A DNA stretch of 64,000 bases from Chitinophagaceae bacterium (lineage in GTDB: Bacteria; Bacteroidota; Bacteroidia; Chitinophagales; Chitinophagaceae). The stretch is from assembly GCA_031424835.1 (NCBI GenBank), contig JANPIE010000025.1:10423-74422 (forward strand), read 5' to 3'. The notes beneath the pieces were generated by a model, which saw only the letters and a program-made list of their open reading frames with translations, was not told the DNA's origin and searched no databases. Below are positions 7,335 to 18,500 of the stretch, piece by piece. How positions within the stretch are numbered: the first letter of the stretch is position 1; each line of letters opens with the position of its first letter. Position numbers and translations under genes: made by a program.

Positions 7335-10300
7335 TTATTTTAATATCGCCACATTGCCTTTAAAAATGGAGGGAGCGCCTTTTTCGCAGACAACCTCACA
7401 TACATACACGAACACATCGGGCGTAGCCGCTTTACCCCTGACCTTACCATCCCAACCGTTAGAAGGATCGCCAGGCATGAAATTGGTTTTTTCAAAAACA
7501 AGCTCCCCCCAGCGACTATATATTCTGAAACTTTTTATCACTTTCACGCCTTTACCCTGCACAAATAACCTGTCGTTTATGCCATCGCCATCGGGCGTAA
7601 ACGCATTGGGTACAAAAATTTCTGTAGTTGGGCAAAACGTTTTTATGCAGACGGTATCGATACTGTTGCACCCGTAAATATTGGTAGCGGTGCAGGTAAT
7701 GCAGGCATCGTTGATTACTTTGGCTACCGGTGCGGGGCAGTTAAGACAGGAAAAGTCACCGCCTTCCCACCGCCATTTTCTTATATCAGCTAAACTGCTT
7801 ACAGCGCGCAATTGCAGGGAACTGCCGGATAGCAATACGGTATCCTTTCCAACATTCACGGGTGTTGGCGTACCCACTACCAATCTTATACGGGCCGTAT
7901 CAGCAAAACAATTGAAAGCATCTTTACCAATTACGCTGTAGGTAGTGGTGGTTAACGGAGTGGCGGACGGAGATGCGATAGCGTAATTACTTAAACCGGG
8001 AGTATTGCCCCATGAATAAATGGACGCACCCGAAACAAACAGCTTTTTTGTTTCTCCTGCACAGAGCGTATCCAGCAATTTTGCAGTAAGTTTAAAAGGC
8101 TGAATCACGCGGACGTTGGTAACTGCAATTTCACTGCACCCGAATTGCGAATAGCCAATCACTTTGTATTGGGTATTTTTTTGAGGTAACACGCGTGTTG
8201 TAGCGCAACTGGTGCAGAGGATATTGTTATCCTGGTCTTTCCACACATAATTCGTGGCACCACCGGCTTTCAGTTCCAGGGAATCACCTTTGCATAAAAT
8301 TTGATCAGCCGACACATTGATTTTTGGAACGGCATGAATGGTCAATTGTTTAAATGCGGAATCATAACAGTTGTTTACCGTGGCCACTGTTAGTTTTACT
8401 GTGTATTTCCCTTCTGAATAGTAGGCCACGTTCACAATGGAATCTGATGCGCTCATGCCATTGCCCAGGTTCCAGGATCTTATTACCACAGAATCGATTG
8501 AATTTACCTCAGACTTTAATTCCAGAAGGTTGTTCATGCAGGCTTGTGCGATAGAATTGATATTTGCCTGCGGATACTGGTAGATAGCGACGGTAAATTT
8601 TGCGTCAAGTGTGCTCACGCAACCCGAGTTGCTTTGCACCTGCAATGTAGCGTCATGCTCACCGCCCTGGGTAAACAGGTACCGGTATTCTTTCTCTGTT
8701 GCGGTGGCGTTCCCGTTGAGGAACCATACGCGTTTATCGATTCCGAAATAGGATTGCGAGGTATCAATAAACCGGAAACTGGTTTTTCCGCAATCATACA
8801 ATGCCGATAGCTTGAAGCCAATCCTTATGTCGTCAATGATGACAGAATCTTTGGGTATTACAGGAACAACGCAGTTGTTCGCGCCAAGCAGTTGCAAACT
8901 GGGCAGGTATTTTCCTGCGGCGAGATAGCGGTGCGAAACTTTTCCTGGTAAACTGGTGAGCGATTTACCATCCCCAAAATCCCAGCGGATAGAATCTGTT
9001 GCATTTGTATTGGCTACGAAACTCACCAACGAGTCCGGGCTGCAGTACACCCCGCCCTGATACTGCAGGGAAACCGAAGGGGCATTGATATGGACAAAAG
9101 CACTGTCCTCATACAGGCAGCCCGCCGGAGAGAAGGCCTGCATTTTAACCTGGTATTTTCCATTTGCGGTAAATACATGCTGCAATGAGTCGCCGGTACC
9201 GGCAGTACCATCGCCCCATATCCAAACGGTTTTTACAGATGGTTTGCTTTCATTGCGGAATGTGGCAGTAAAGGGAGTACATCTTCCCAGTGTATCGTTA
9301 ATTTTTAAATCAGCCTTTTGGGTTGCTGTGATAGAAATTTTACTAATGCTGCTGTCATAGCAGGATAGCTGGGGATGTGTGCTCCTTACTTTCAGGCTGG
9401 GGTAGTAATCACCGGCTTTGGAGTAGCTATGTATGGTATCGCCCGGAGTGTAAATGGTGCCATCGCCATAATTCCATTCGAAAGTTAGTGATGGGTCAGA
9501 CAGGTTTCGAAAAATGATGGCGTCGCCAACGCAATTTTTTTGTGCGGTCACAGCAGACCGGGCCTTTACAGCGGGATACACAATTAAAGTTCTTGACACA
9601 ACCGTATCACTGCAACTGGTTTTCACTGAGCCCTTAATGAGGTAAGTGCCCGGCAAACTGAAATTATGCGCCAGGTTGCCAGTTTGTGTACTGGTTTCTA
9701 AAGGCGATCCAACATTCCAGTCCCAGCTAATTTGTGTTGCCCCGGTAATAAAATTATTGAGGGTAGCTGTGTAGGGAGCGCCGCAAACAACGCTGTCCTT
9801 TAATGACAGGCTAACACTAAGAGGGCTTTTGTTTACTGGAATGGAAACCGATATGGAATCAGTGCCACAAATATTACTCGCGGATAAAGTGGCGATGAAA
9901 CTGGTATTGCTGCCGCTGTAATACATATGTTGCAGCAGGCCATTGGCTGCTAATGTATCACTACTGCCATCACCGAATGATAAACGAAACTGCGCACTGT
10001 TACCTGTTGAAACATTGTTGAACCTTACGTTCATGGGAGAGCAGCTATTGAGTATCGTAGCAACAAGCAGTGGTTTCACTTTTCGCGATACAGTTAACTT
10101 TCTGCTGAAATAAGCCGTATCACAACCGGTGAATGCTTTTAATGTGATTTGGTAGACTGTGTCAAGCCCGCTAAAGGAAGAAGGATACACTACATAGCCG
10201 GGTTGCAGTAGTGAGCTTGTTTGCCCGTTACCAAGGTCCCAGTAATATTGGAAAGAGGAGGAAGAAGGTGTATTGTTTTGAAAACTAACCTGCAACGGCC

Positions 10301-12941
10301 CGCATCCACTGGTGTCGCTTAAAACAAATGAAGGCGCGGGCACACTAAAAACAGAGAACACTCCAGAGGTACTGTCTGCATTGCAGTTGTAAATACTGGT
10401 TACTTTCAGTTTGATTACAGTTGAATCGTCCTGCAATACATAGCCGGGGAATTTAATACCGGTTCCAATCAATACATTATTGGCATACCACTCATAGCCC
10501 AGGTTTACTGATGGGTTATCAGCAGCCTGTACCATCAGGCTGTCTATGCTGAAGGGTGCACAACCTATATTCTTCACCACGGTCAAACCAGCAATAGCGG
10601 CCCTCCGGGCAGTAACGGTTACAATATTGCTTATGATTGACTGGGGTCCGCTGCAAATGGCCGTGCTTACCACCCTTCTTAACAAACTCGTGGATAGTAA
10701 TTGTACCGGGCCCAGGTCCCTGCCGGTTGCACCATTGAGAATGGTCCAGGTGTTTCCATTGTCTGTGCTTTGCTCCCAGCGAAACTGGTAATTGCCATCA
10801 CCGCCCACGGGTACGGAGCCAACAATCGGTTGTGTAAAATTTCCTTCACATACTTGCTGGTTTCCTGAAATGGTATTGCCGGATAGCGCCGGCAATACAG
10901 TAATCGTTACAGTATTGCTGGTAGCTGCACAGGGTGCGGAATTAGTCTGTCGTCGGAACAGCATTCCGGAAACAGCAGCAAACCCGTAGTCTGCACCAGT
11001 GGCTCCGGCGATCGTGGTCCATGTATTGCCATCAATGCTTTGCTCCCATTGGTATTGATAGCTGCCGGTTCCGCCTGATGCGGGCTGCGCCCCAATGAGC
11101 ACGGCTTGTCCCGCGCAAACAGTTTGTGCCGTGCCAGCCATCGTAGTGTTGATGGCGGGCACTATGGTTACGGCAACTGTATCTTTTTTAATGGCGCATG
11201 CACCATTGGATATACTCCAGGTAAATTGGTAGTTGCCCGGAGTAAGACTGCTAACGGAACTGTTGTACAAAGCAGCATCGGAAAATGCAACCGGTGAAGG
11301 CCCGGATAAGAGCGACCAGCTACCCGTGCCGATAACGGGAGCAGTGGCATTGAGGCCGGTGCCTGTTGCATTGCACAATATTTGATCATTACCCGCCGCG
11401 GCCACAGACGGCACGGCGTAAACCGTTACAGTGGTTGTATCCGAAATGCCGCAGGTAGTGGGTGCGAGTGCGGTAATGATATACCTGACGGTGGATGGTG
11501 TACCTGAAGTATTTGTAAGCAGATCATTGATATTGTTGTCTGAAGATCCCACCAGGTTTACGGAAGCTCCCGCGGTACTGCCGGTGAGATTGGAAGGGAT
11601 CCAGTAATACAGCGTACCTGGTATGGAACTGCTGAATTGAATAGCTGTTGAAGTGCCACTGCACTGGGCCAGGGTATTGTTTACCAATGACAATACCGGC
11701 AGTGGGTTGATGCCCACATTTGTGCTGCCGGTGGCAGTGCAGCCATTGGCATCGGAAACCGATAGCTGGTAACTGCCCGCATTGCCGGGCGAAACGCCGG
11801 TGATAACAGGGGAAGCCAAGGATGAAACAAAAGTGCCGGGGCCCGTCCAGCTATAGGTGTATGGTGCATTGCCAGCTATTACAGTGGATGAGAGGGTAAG
11901 ATTTTTTCCAACGCAAACAGGCGCATTGCTTCCGGCAGTTATGACAGGCAGCGGGTTTACAGTAAGTGTAATGCTGTTTGAGGCAGTGATACAGGATGCG
12001 GAAGATAAACTTCCCACATCCGGCCCAACCAATACCCGGTACATACCGCCATCGGCGAGCGTAACATTACTGATGGAAAAACTGGTATTACTGGTACCCG
12101 GTGTGCCTATGTTGTTCCAGGTGTTGCCATTGTCTGTACTTTTCTGCCATTGGTAAGCGGGTGTTGAAAACGGGCTGTTGGTTAGCGAGGAATTCAGCGT
12201 GGTGGTATTCCCCACGCAAACAGCCGCCGCGGTGGCCAGTGTTGCCGTTACCTGTGGGGTGCAGGCAGTAAAAACAATATCATCGAGCGCTACATCATTG
12301 CCGCAGGCAGCGCCCCCACCATGAAAATCCACCATCTCCAGGATCACGGAACTGGTGCCGGATGGAAGGGAAAACTGGAAACCATATTGTTGCCAGTTTA
12401 CCGGACCACTATTGGGTGAGAGTGGGAGTAATCCGGTAGTATAAGTGCCCAGCACGGCGCCGAACGGGTCCTTAATGTTGAATATAACTTTTGGATACAC
12501 CAGCCCGGGGTTGCAAATACCCTGCGTATTGGGTGTATTTACATTAGCAATCCACGCAGTAAAATTGAAACTTGATCCGGAACATAGCCCACTTACGGTT
12601 TGCTGGAAAAAAATAGAATTGCCACCGCCGGCATTTACCAGGAACATATTACCATTCGTGTTGCCGGTATGGTCACCGCCCCGGGTCCAGTCGTTTTTGT
12701 TGGCATTTTCCACCCGGGGGGTGATGATGTAATTGCCATCCGTACCCACATTTCCAAAATTATAATTGGTAGAACCCGGCGCGGCTGAAGAAGTGGAGGA
12801 AGAGGAAGCACCCTGGCCAAAATCCTGCTTGAATACAGGAGCCAATGCTGTATTGGGACAAAGCCCACCCTGGGAAAAAACAGGCAGGCCGTACCAACAC
12901 ATACATGCAGTTAGCAGGTATTGACGGGTTTTCATAGTCAT
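7335..12941 (-). CDS. 1868-aa T9SS type-B (gliding-motility-associated CTD) surface protein with Ig-like and multiple PKD domains
   Basis: Signal peptide; repeated Y.WDLGNG / WDFGDG / W.WGDG PKD motifs; C-terminal IFVPNAFTPDGDGIND...IYSRWGELVF...WDG...G.VAILK type-B CTD. Confidence 0.93.
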   Translation of the reverse strand: MTMKTRQYLLTACMCWYGLPVFSQGGLCPNTALAPVFKQDFGQGASSSSTSSAAPGSTNYNFGNVGTDGNYIITPRVENANKNDWTRGGDHTGNTNGNMFLVNAGGGNSIFFQQTVSGLCSGSSFNFTAWIANVNTPNTQGICNPGLVYPKVIFNIKDPFGAVLGTYTTGLLPLSPNSGPVNWQQYGFQFSLPSGTSSVILEMVDFHGGGAACGNDVALDDIVFTACTPQVTATLATAAAVCVGNTTTLNSSLTNSPFSTPAYQWQKSTDNGNTWNNIGTPGTSNTSFSISNVTLADGGMYRVLVGPDVGSLSSASCITASNSITLTVNPLPVITAGSNAPVCVGKNLTLSSTVIAGNAPYTYSWTGPGTFVSSLASPVITGVSPGNAGSYQLSVSDANGCTATGSTNVGINPLPVLSLVNNTLAQCSGTSTAIQFSSSIPGTLYYWIPSNLTGSTAGASVNLVGSSDNNINDLLTNTSGTPSTVRYIITALAPTTCGISDTTTVTVYAVPSVAAAGNDQILCNATGTGLNATAPVIGTGSWSLLSGPSPVAFSDAALYNSSVSSLTPGNYQFTWSISNGACAIKKDTVAVTIVPAINTTMAGTAQTVCAGQAVLIGAQPASGGTGSYQYQWEQSIDGNTWTTIAGATGADYGFAAVSGMLFRRQTNSAPCAATSNTVTITVLPALSGNTISGNQQVCEGNFTQPIVGSVPVGGDGNYQFRWEQSTDNGNTWTILNGATGRDLGPVQLLSTSLLRRVVSTAICSGPQSIISNIVTVTARRAAIAGLTVVKNIGCAPFSIDSLMVQAADNPSVNLGYEWYANNVLIGTGIKFPGYVLQDDSTVIKLKVTSIYNCNADSTSGVFSVFSVPAPSFVLSDTSGCGPLQVSFQNNTPSSSSFQYYWDLGNGQTSSLLQPGYVVYPSSFSGLDTVYQITLKAFTGCDTAYFSRKLTVSRKVKPLLVATILNSCSPMNVRFNNVSTGNSAQFRLSFGDGSSDTLAANGLLQHMYYSGSNTSFIATLSASNICGTDSISVSIPVNKSPLSVSLSLKDSVVCGAPYTATLNNFITGATQISWDWNVGSPLETSTQTGNLAHNFSLPGTYLIKGSVKTSCSDTVVSRTLIVYPAVKARSAVTAQKNCVGDAIIFRNLSDPSLTFEWNYGDGTIYTPGDTIHSYSKAGDYYPSLKVRSTHPQLSCYDSSISKISITATQKADLKINDTLGRCTPFTATFRNESKPSVKTVWIWGDGTAGTGDSLQHVFTANGKYQVKMQAFSPAGCLYEDSAFVHINAPSVSLQYQGGVYCSPDSLVSFVANTNATDSIRWDFGDGKSLTSLPGKVSHRYLAAGKYLPSLQLLGANNCVVPVIPKDSVIIDDIRIGFKLSALYDCGKTSFRFIDTSQSYFGIDKRVWFLNGNATATEKEYRYLFTQGGEHDATLQVQSNSGCVSTLDAKFTVAIYQYPQANINSIAQACMNNLLELKSEVNSIDSVVIRSWNLGNGMSASDSIVNVAYYSEGKYTVKLTVATVNNCYDSAFKQLTIHAVPKINVSADQILCKGDSLELKAGGATNYVWKDQDNNILCTSCATTRVLPQKNTQYKVIGYSQFGCSEIAVTNVRVIQPFKLTAKLLDTLCAGETKKLFVSGASIYSWGNTPGLSNYAIASPSATPLTTTTYSVIGKDAFNCFADTARIRLVVGTPTPVNVGKDTVLLSGSSLQLRAVSSLADIRKWRWEGGDFSCLNCPAPVAKVINDACITCTATNIYGCNSIDTVCIKTFCPTTEIFVPNAFTPDGDGINDRLFVQGKGVKVIKSFRIYSRWGELVFEKTNFMPGDPSNGWDGKVRGKAATPDVFVYVCEVVCEKGAPSIFKGNVAILK

Positions 12942-13089
12942 GGATACTTAAATTTAACACAGAAAAACAGCCCGTCACTGCTTTCTGAAAAACTCAGTGT
13001 AAATAACAGCATTCCCAGTTAAAACAACCGTTTCTGCTTGTCCAATTTTTATCGTTTTCTTTGTAGTGTTTAATCTATTAGCGAATAGT

Positions 13090-15414
13090 ATGTGGTATAA
13101 AACAGGCAGGTTCATCTTACATAATCGATTGTTACTATTGATCGCTTTATTCCTGGTCACGGTATTTATGGGTTGGAAGGCTTCCGGGGTGCAATTGAGT
13201 TACGATTTTACACGGGCCGTACCCACGGACAATCCCAAATACATAGCCTACCAGGATTTTCTCAAAAAATTCGGGGCCGATAACAATACGATGGTAGTGG
13301 GATTGGAAACGAAAGATTTTTATTCCATCCATTTTTTTAACCAGGTGGGCGATCTGCATCAACGCCTCAGGAGCATCAAAGGGGTAACGGAAATTATCAG
13401 CATACCTGAGGCTGTTAATCTTCAAAAAGATTCTGCCAACCAGCGCCTGCAGCCCGTTAAAATATTCAGTTACCCGTATTCAGTGCAGGCTTCGCTGGAC
13501 AGCGCAAGAAAAATTTTTGAAAACCTGCCTTTTTACAGGGGCATTTTGTACAACCCGCAGACCCATAGTTACCTGGTGGGCATCAGTGTTGACAAAGACA
13601 CCATTAACAGCAAGAGCCGCACACGACTGATAAATGATATAGTGGCCGAAGTTGAGCGTTTTGAAAAAAACGCCGGTGCTGCTGTGCATACCAGCGGTCT
13701 GCCTTTTATCCGCACAACCATTGCTAACCGGGTAAAGGACGAAATGAACTGGTTTCTGGTGGGGTCACTCATTTTATCGGCCATTACGCTGTTGCTTTTT
13801 TTCCGCTCTCTTAGCGCGATGCTTATGAGCCTGGCAGTGGTAGGTATGGGCGTGATATGGAGCCTGGGTACCACGGAGTTGCTGGGCTATAAAATCACAC
13901 TGCTTACAGCCTTAATACCCCCGCTGGTGGTAGTGATCGGCATCCCCAATTGTATTTATTTTCTGAATAAGTACCATAGCAGCTATCGTGAAACGGGCGA
14001 TAAGGAAAAAGCATTGATCACCATGGTGGGCAGAATGGGAGTGGTAACACTTTTCTGCAATATTGCTGCGGCTATTGGCTTTGCTGTATTCGCCCTTACG
14101 CGCAGCGATCTTTTAAAGGAATTCGGGGCAGTTGCAGGCATCAACATTATGGCCCTGTTTGTTATTTCGCTTGTTTTCATTCCGCCAGTATTGAGTTATC
14201 TGCCGCCCCCTAAAAAATCACATACGCGTTACCTCGACAATTCATTTCTCGAAAAAATTTTGGTGCGCATTGAGCGATGGGCCTTTCATCATGCCCGCTG
14301 GGTATATGGCATTACGATTGCCATTACGGTGGTGGCCCTGTTTGGCATTCTGCGTTTGAAAAGCGAGGGATTTATTGTGGACGACCTTCCTAAAAGTGAC
14401 CGCATATATACGGATCTGAAATGGTTCGAGAAAAATTTCGGCGGAGTAATGCCCCTGGAAATAGTGATAGATACCAAAAAGAAGAAAGGCATATTCAGAC
14501 CCGCGCCCATAGGCAAGATCGATGAGCTGTCTGCCTATATCGATGCCAATCCTGCTACGGCAAGGCCCTTGTCTTTTGTAGAAGGATTGAAATTTGCAAA
14601 GCAGGCATATTTTGATGGCGACAGTGTGAGTTATACGGTACCCTATGAAGGCGATCTTGTTTTTATGGCGCCATTTCTTCAGGCAAGAGGTGATACCTCG
14701 GGCGCTAAAAAAGGTTTTGCCAAGTTGATGAATAATTTTATGGACAGCAACCAGCAGGTGGCGCGCATCAGTGTGAACATGAAAGATGTTGGGAGTTCAC
14801 AGTTACCATTGTTGCTGAAAGATTTTGAAGACAAAGCCCGTGCATTGTTCGATACTGCCGCTTATCATGTAAGCTTTACGGGCAGCAGCGTTAGTTTTCT
14901 GGAGGGGTCGGGTTTTATCATCAAAGGACTTAAAGAAAGTATTTTCTGGGCCTTCCTGCTCATCACTCTCTGTATGTTTTACCTGTTCCGTTCATTCAGG
15001 ATACTGATCTGTTCACTCATTCCAAACCTTGTGCCACTGGTGATCACAGCGGGAGTGATGGGGTGGGCGGGTATCCCGCTTAAGCCCTCCACCGTTCTGG
15101 TTTTCAGCGTGGCACTGGGGATAGCCATTGATGTTACCATCCGTTTTCTGGTCAATTATAAACAGGAGCTGCCACACTATAATGGCCAGGTTGGGCAAAC
15201 GCTTGTGCAAACCATACGGCATACAGGCATCAGTATCATCTATACCTCGCTGGTGCTGATAGCCGGGTTTATTATTTTCTGCCTGAGCGATTTTGGCGGT
15301 ACTAGGGCACTGGGCTGGCTCACCTCATTAACCCTGGTTGCGGGTACCCTTACCAATCTGGTGCTGCTCCCGGTACTGATTATTTCGGTTTCGGACCGAA
15401 AAAAAGCGGTTTAA
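13090..15414 (+). CDS. MMPL/RND family transporter
   Basis: Two repeats of TM, large periplasmic loop, then 5 TM; motifs SGLPFIR, VVIGIPNCIYFLNKY and LGIAIDVTIRF. Start ATG 13090. Confidence 0.92.
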   Translation: MWYKTGRFILHNRLLLLIALFLVTVFMGWKASGVQLSYDFTRAVPTDNPKYIAYQDFLKKFGADNNTMVVGLETKDFYSIHFFNQVGDLHQRLRSIKGVTEIISIPEAVNLQKDSANQRLQPVKIFSYPYSVQASLDSARKIFENLPFYRGILYNPQTHSYLVGISVDKDTINSKSRTRLINDIVAEVERFEKNAGAAVHTSGLPFIRTTIANRVKDEMNWFLVGSLILSAITLLLFFRSLSAMLMSLAVVGMGVIWSLGTTELLGYKITLLTALIPPLVVVIGIPNCIYFLNKYHSSYRETGDKEKALITMVGRMGVVTLFCNIAAAIGFAVFALTRSDLLKEFGAVAGINIMALFVISLVFIPPVLSYLPPPKKSHTRYLDNSFLEKILVRIERWAFHHARWVYGITIAITVVALFGILRLKSEGFIVDDLPKSDRIYTDLKWFEKNFGGVMPLEIVIDTKKKKGIFRPAPIGKIDELSAYIDANPATARPLSFVEGLKFAKQAYFDGDSVSYTVPYEGDLVFMAPFLQARGDTSGAKKGFAKLMNNFMDSNQQVARISVNMKDVGSSQLPLLLKDFEDKARALFDTAAYHVSFTGSSVSFLEGSGFIIKGLKESIFWAFLLITLCMFYLFRSFRILICSLIPNLVPLVITAGVMGWAGIPLKPSTVLVFSVALGIAIDVTIRFLVNYKQELPHYNGQVGQTLVQTIRHTGISIIYTSLVLIAGFIIFCLSDFGGTRALGWLTSLTLVAGTLTNLVLLPVLIISVSDRKKAV

Positions 15415-15595
15415 GGGGTTCTTCCAATCCATTTTTTATGCTGAAAAAAGCAATTCCCAACCAGTTTAAACGGTCAAAATGCGTGGTTGAGTGGCATTTT
15501 TTGGCTTTTTAGCGGATAAAAGCACATTTGTGCAGCCATTTTTAGTGATTTACTGTCTAAATTGCACATCTCTAAAACTCAAAAAAAATTCGCAC

Positions 15596-18500
15596 ATGAG
15601 AAAACTATTGGCCATTCTGGCTGGAGTTGTGATGTTGACATCCCAGCTCTATGCACAAAACCGCACAGTTACCGGTAAGGTAACAGATGAGCGTGGTACA
15701 CCCCTAGCCGGTGTGACGGTTACCACATCTTCTTCTGAGAAGAGAGCGTTAACCGACAATTCCGGAAATTTTTCCATCCAGGTTACACCCCGGGACCGAT
15801 CCTTAAGTTTCGGTTATGTGGGATTTGCGCAGGAAAGCGTTTCTGTGGGAAGCGGAAGCACCCTTTCTGTAAGAATGCGTTCTGAGGACCAGGCACTATC
15901 TGAAGTGGTGGTGGTAGGGTACGGTACACAGAAGAAAAAGGAAGTGACCGGAAGTATTTCAACTGTAAAAGGATCCGCATTGGCCGATAAGCCCGTGCAG
16001 AGTTTTGAACAGGCGCTTGGCGGACGTGCCGCAGGTGTACAGGTTACTATTCCCAGCGGTGTTTTGAATGCACCCCCTGTACTAAGGGTTCGTGGAACCA
16101 ACTCTATTTCCAATTCATCCTATCCATTGATCGTGGTGGATGGAGTACCGGCGTTTACTGGCGATTTTAGTGGTACCAGTTCTGCCGGTAATGCTCTTGC
16201 CAGCATCAATCCCAATGATATCGAAAGCGTGGATGTGGCTAAAGATGCCGCCGCCTCCGCTATTTATGGCAGCCGTGCTGCCAACGGGGTAATATTCATT
16301 ACGACCAAGAAAGGTAAACAGGGACGTTCACGTGTTACCCTCGATAGCTGGGTAGGTGTAAGTGAAGTTCAGCGTTTACCGGTATTAATGGATGCTTTTC
16401 AATATACCGATTACAAGAACGAAGCGCTGGTGAATGCGGGTACATTTAATGCTGCCTCCAATGCCTTTGCATTAACCACGGGCCCGGATGGCAATCCCAT
16501 CAATACACGTTGGTATGATTATGTATACCGTAAGGGTTTACAACATAGCCATACGGTAAGTGTATCCGGCGCAAATGACGCTACCAGCTACTATTTTTCT
16601 GCAGGGTATACAGACCAGGAAGGTATTATCAGGAGAAATGATTTTAAAAGACTGGGTATGTTGATGAACGTAGATCACCGGGTCGGTAAGTTTATCAGCC
16701 TGGGTGGTAAGATCCAATACTCCAATGAAAAAAACCTGGCCGCGGTTAGTTCAGGTTCCCTGGGCGACGCGTTTGCTACAGCGGGTCTTGGCCGTGTGGT
16801 ACTCGTAACCGCGCCCAATGTTTCTCCATATAATAATGATGGTACCTATAATTTTAACGGAGCGCTGATTGGTTCCATGAATAACAAGCAGGGCCAGGTA
16901 GGTTTCAATAACCCGGTGATCCAGCTTGACCAGAACAGGAACAACAGCGAAACGGAACATTTTATCGGTAACGTTTATGCGCAGATCAAGCCATTCAACT
17001 CACTCACATTGCGTACAGTGTATGGTGTAGATAATTTGTTAGTTGATAACGACGCCTATTTCAGCCCTATTTCGGGTGAGGGTTTTGCCTCTACGGGATC
17101 GGTTACGGCAACCTTTGGTAAGAATAAGAGGTGGGTTTGGACTACCACGGCGCAGTATGACAAAACATTTGCTGAGAGGCACAATGTGGGATTACTTGCC
17201 GGTATAGAGCAGCAGCGCACCACTGGCACGGGCTATGGACTTAACCGGATTACGGTGTCTGATCCTGCTTTTGTAAACATCCAGGGTGGATGGGCCACTC
17301 CAAATGCGGCAGGTTTAGCAATCGGTGAAAACTACCTCTATTCAGAATTCGGTCGTTTGCAATACAATTACGACAGGAAATATTTTATCACTGCCAATGT
17401 GCGCAGGGATGGTGCTTCTCAATTGGGCGCCAGTACCAAATACGGTGTATTCTACGGAGTATCTGCCGGATGGGAAATTGTGAGAGAGAATTTCTGGACA
17501 TCCATGAGGCTTGATAAAGTTTTCAGCAGCTTCAAACTCAGGGCCAGCTATGGTAAAGTAGGTAACATCGGTGGCGTAGGTAACTTTGCTTCGTTGTCGC
17601 AGTACGGTTCTGGTTTATATGGTGGAAACGGAACAGTTTTATTTAACCAGGCGGGTAATGCTGATTTGCAGTGGGAAACCAGTAAGAAAACCGATATCGG
17701 TTTCAGCTTTGGTTTGATGAATGACAGGTTAACAGGAGAGTTTACTTATTATAACAATGATGTGGACGGACTGATCCTGAATGTGCCATCTCCCCCATCA
17801 GCAGGTGTTCCCACCTCTATTCCTACAAACGTGGGAAGCATGTATAACCGTGGTATAGAGTTTGGCCTGAACTATGCCGTTCTACAGAAAAAAGACTTTA
17901 GCTGGAATACGTCTTTCAACGTAGCAACCAATAAAAATGAGGTAACCTCACTGGCACCCGGACTTACGCAGATTGTATCTTCAACAGGTGGCCTGGAGAA
18001 TCCAAGCATTACCAGGGTGGGATATCCTGTAGGGATGATTTTTGTTACCCTTACCAAAGGAGTTGATCCTGCCACTGGGCGCCGTATTTATGTAAACGCT
18101 GCGGGAAGAGATGTATACTTCCAGCACGTTGCACCTGCGGGCCAGTTCCGTTTTTCTTATGCAGATGGAACTGTGGCACCTACTGTGAGCAGTGCAGATG
18201 CGGTTGTATATAAGAATACCAACCCTAAAGTGTTTGGTGGTTGGGAAAATACATTCCGTTTCAAAGGATTTGAGCTAACCGCTATGCTTACTTACCAGTT
18301 TGGTAACTATATCTATTATGGAACACAGGCCGGATTACGCGACCAGCGTTTCTGGAACAATGAAACGGCCATATTGAACAGGTGGAGAAAAGCAGGTGAT
18401 GTTACAGAAATACCAAAAGCTGTTTTCGGCGACAACATTTCAAATGGATCTGCCTTCCCGCTTGATATCAACGTTTTCAAAGGTGATTTTGTAAAACTGC

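Noticed and set aside
15491-15595. Upstream-extended starts given by the ORF track (SusC1, and likewise 1886, 1945, 5519, 18717, 31238, 53706)
   Set aside because: Downstream ATGs give clean signal peptides or family N-termini, and the extensions overlap promoter boxes or neighbouring genes.
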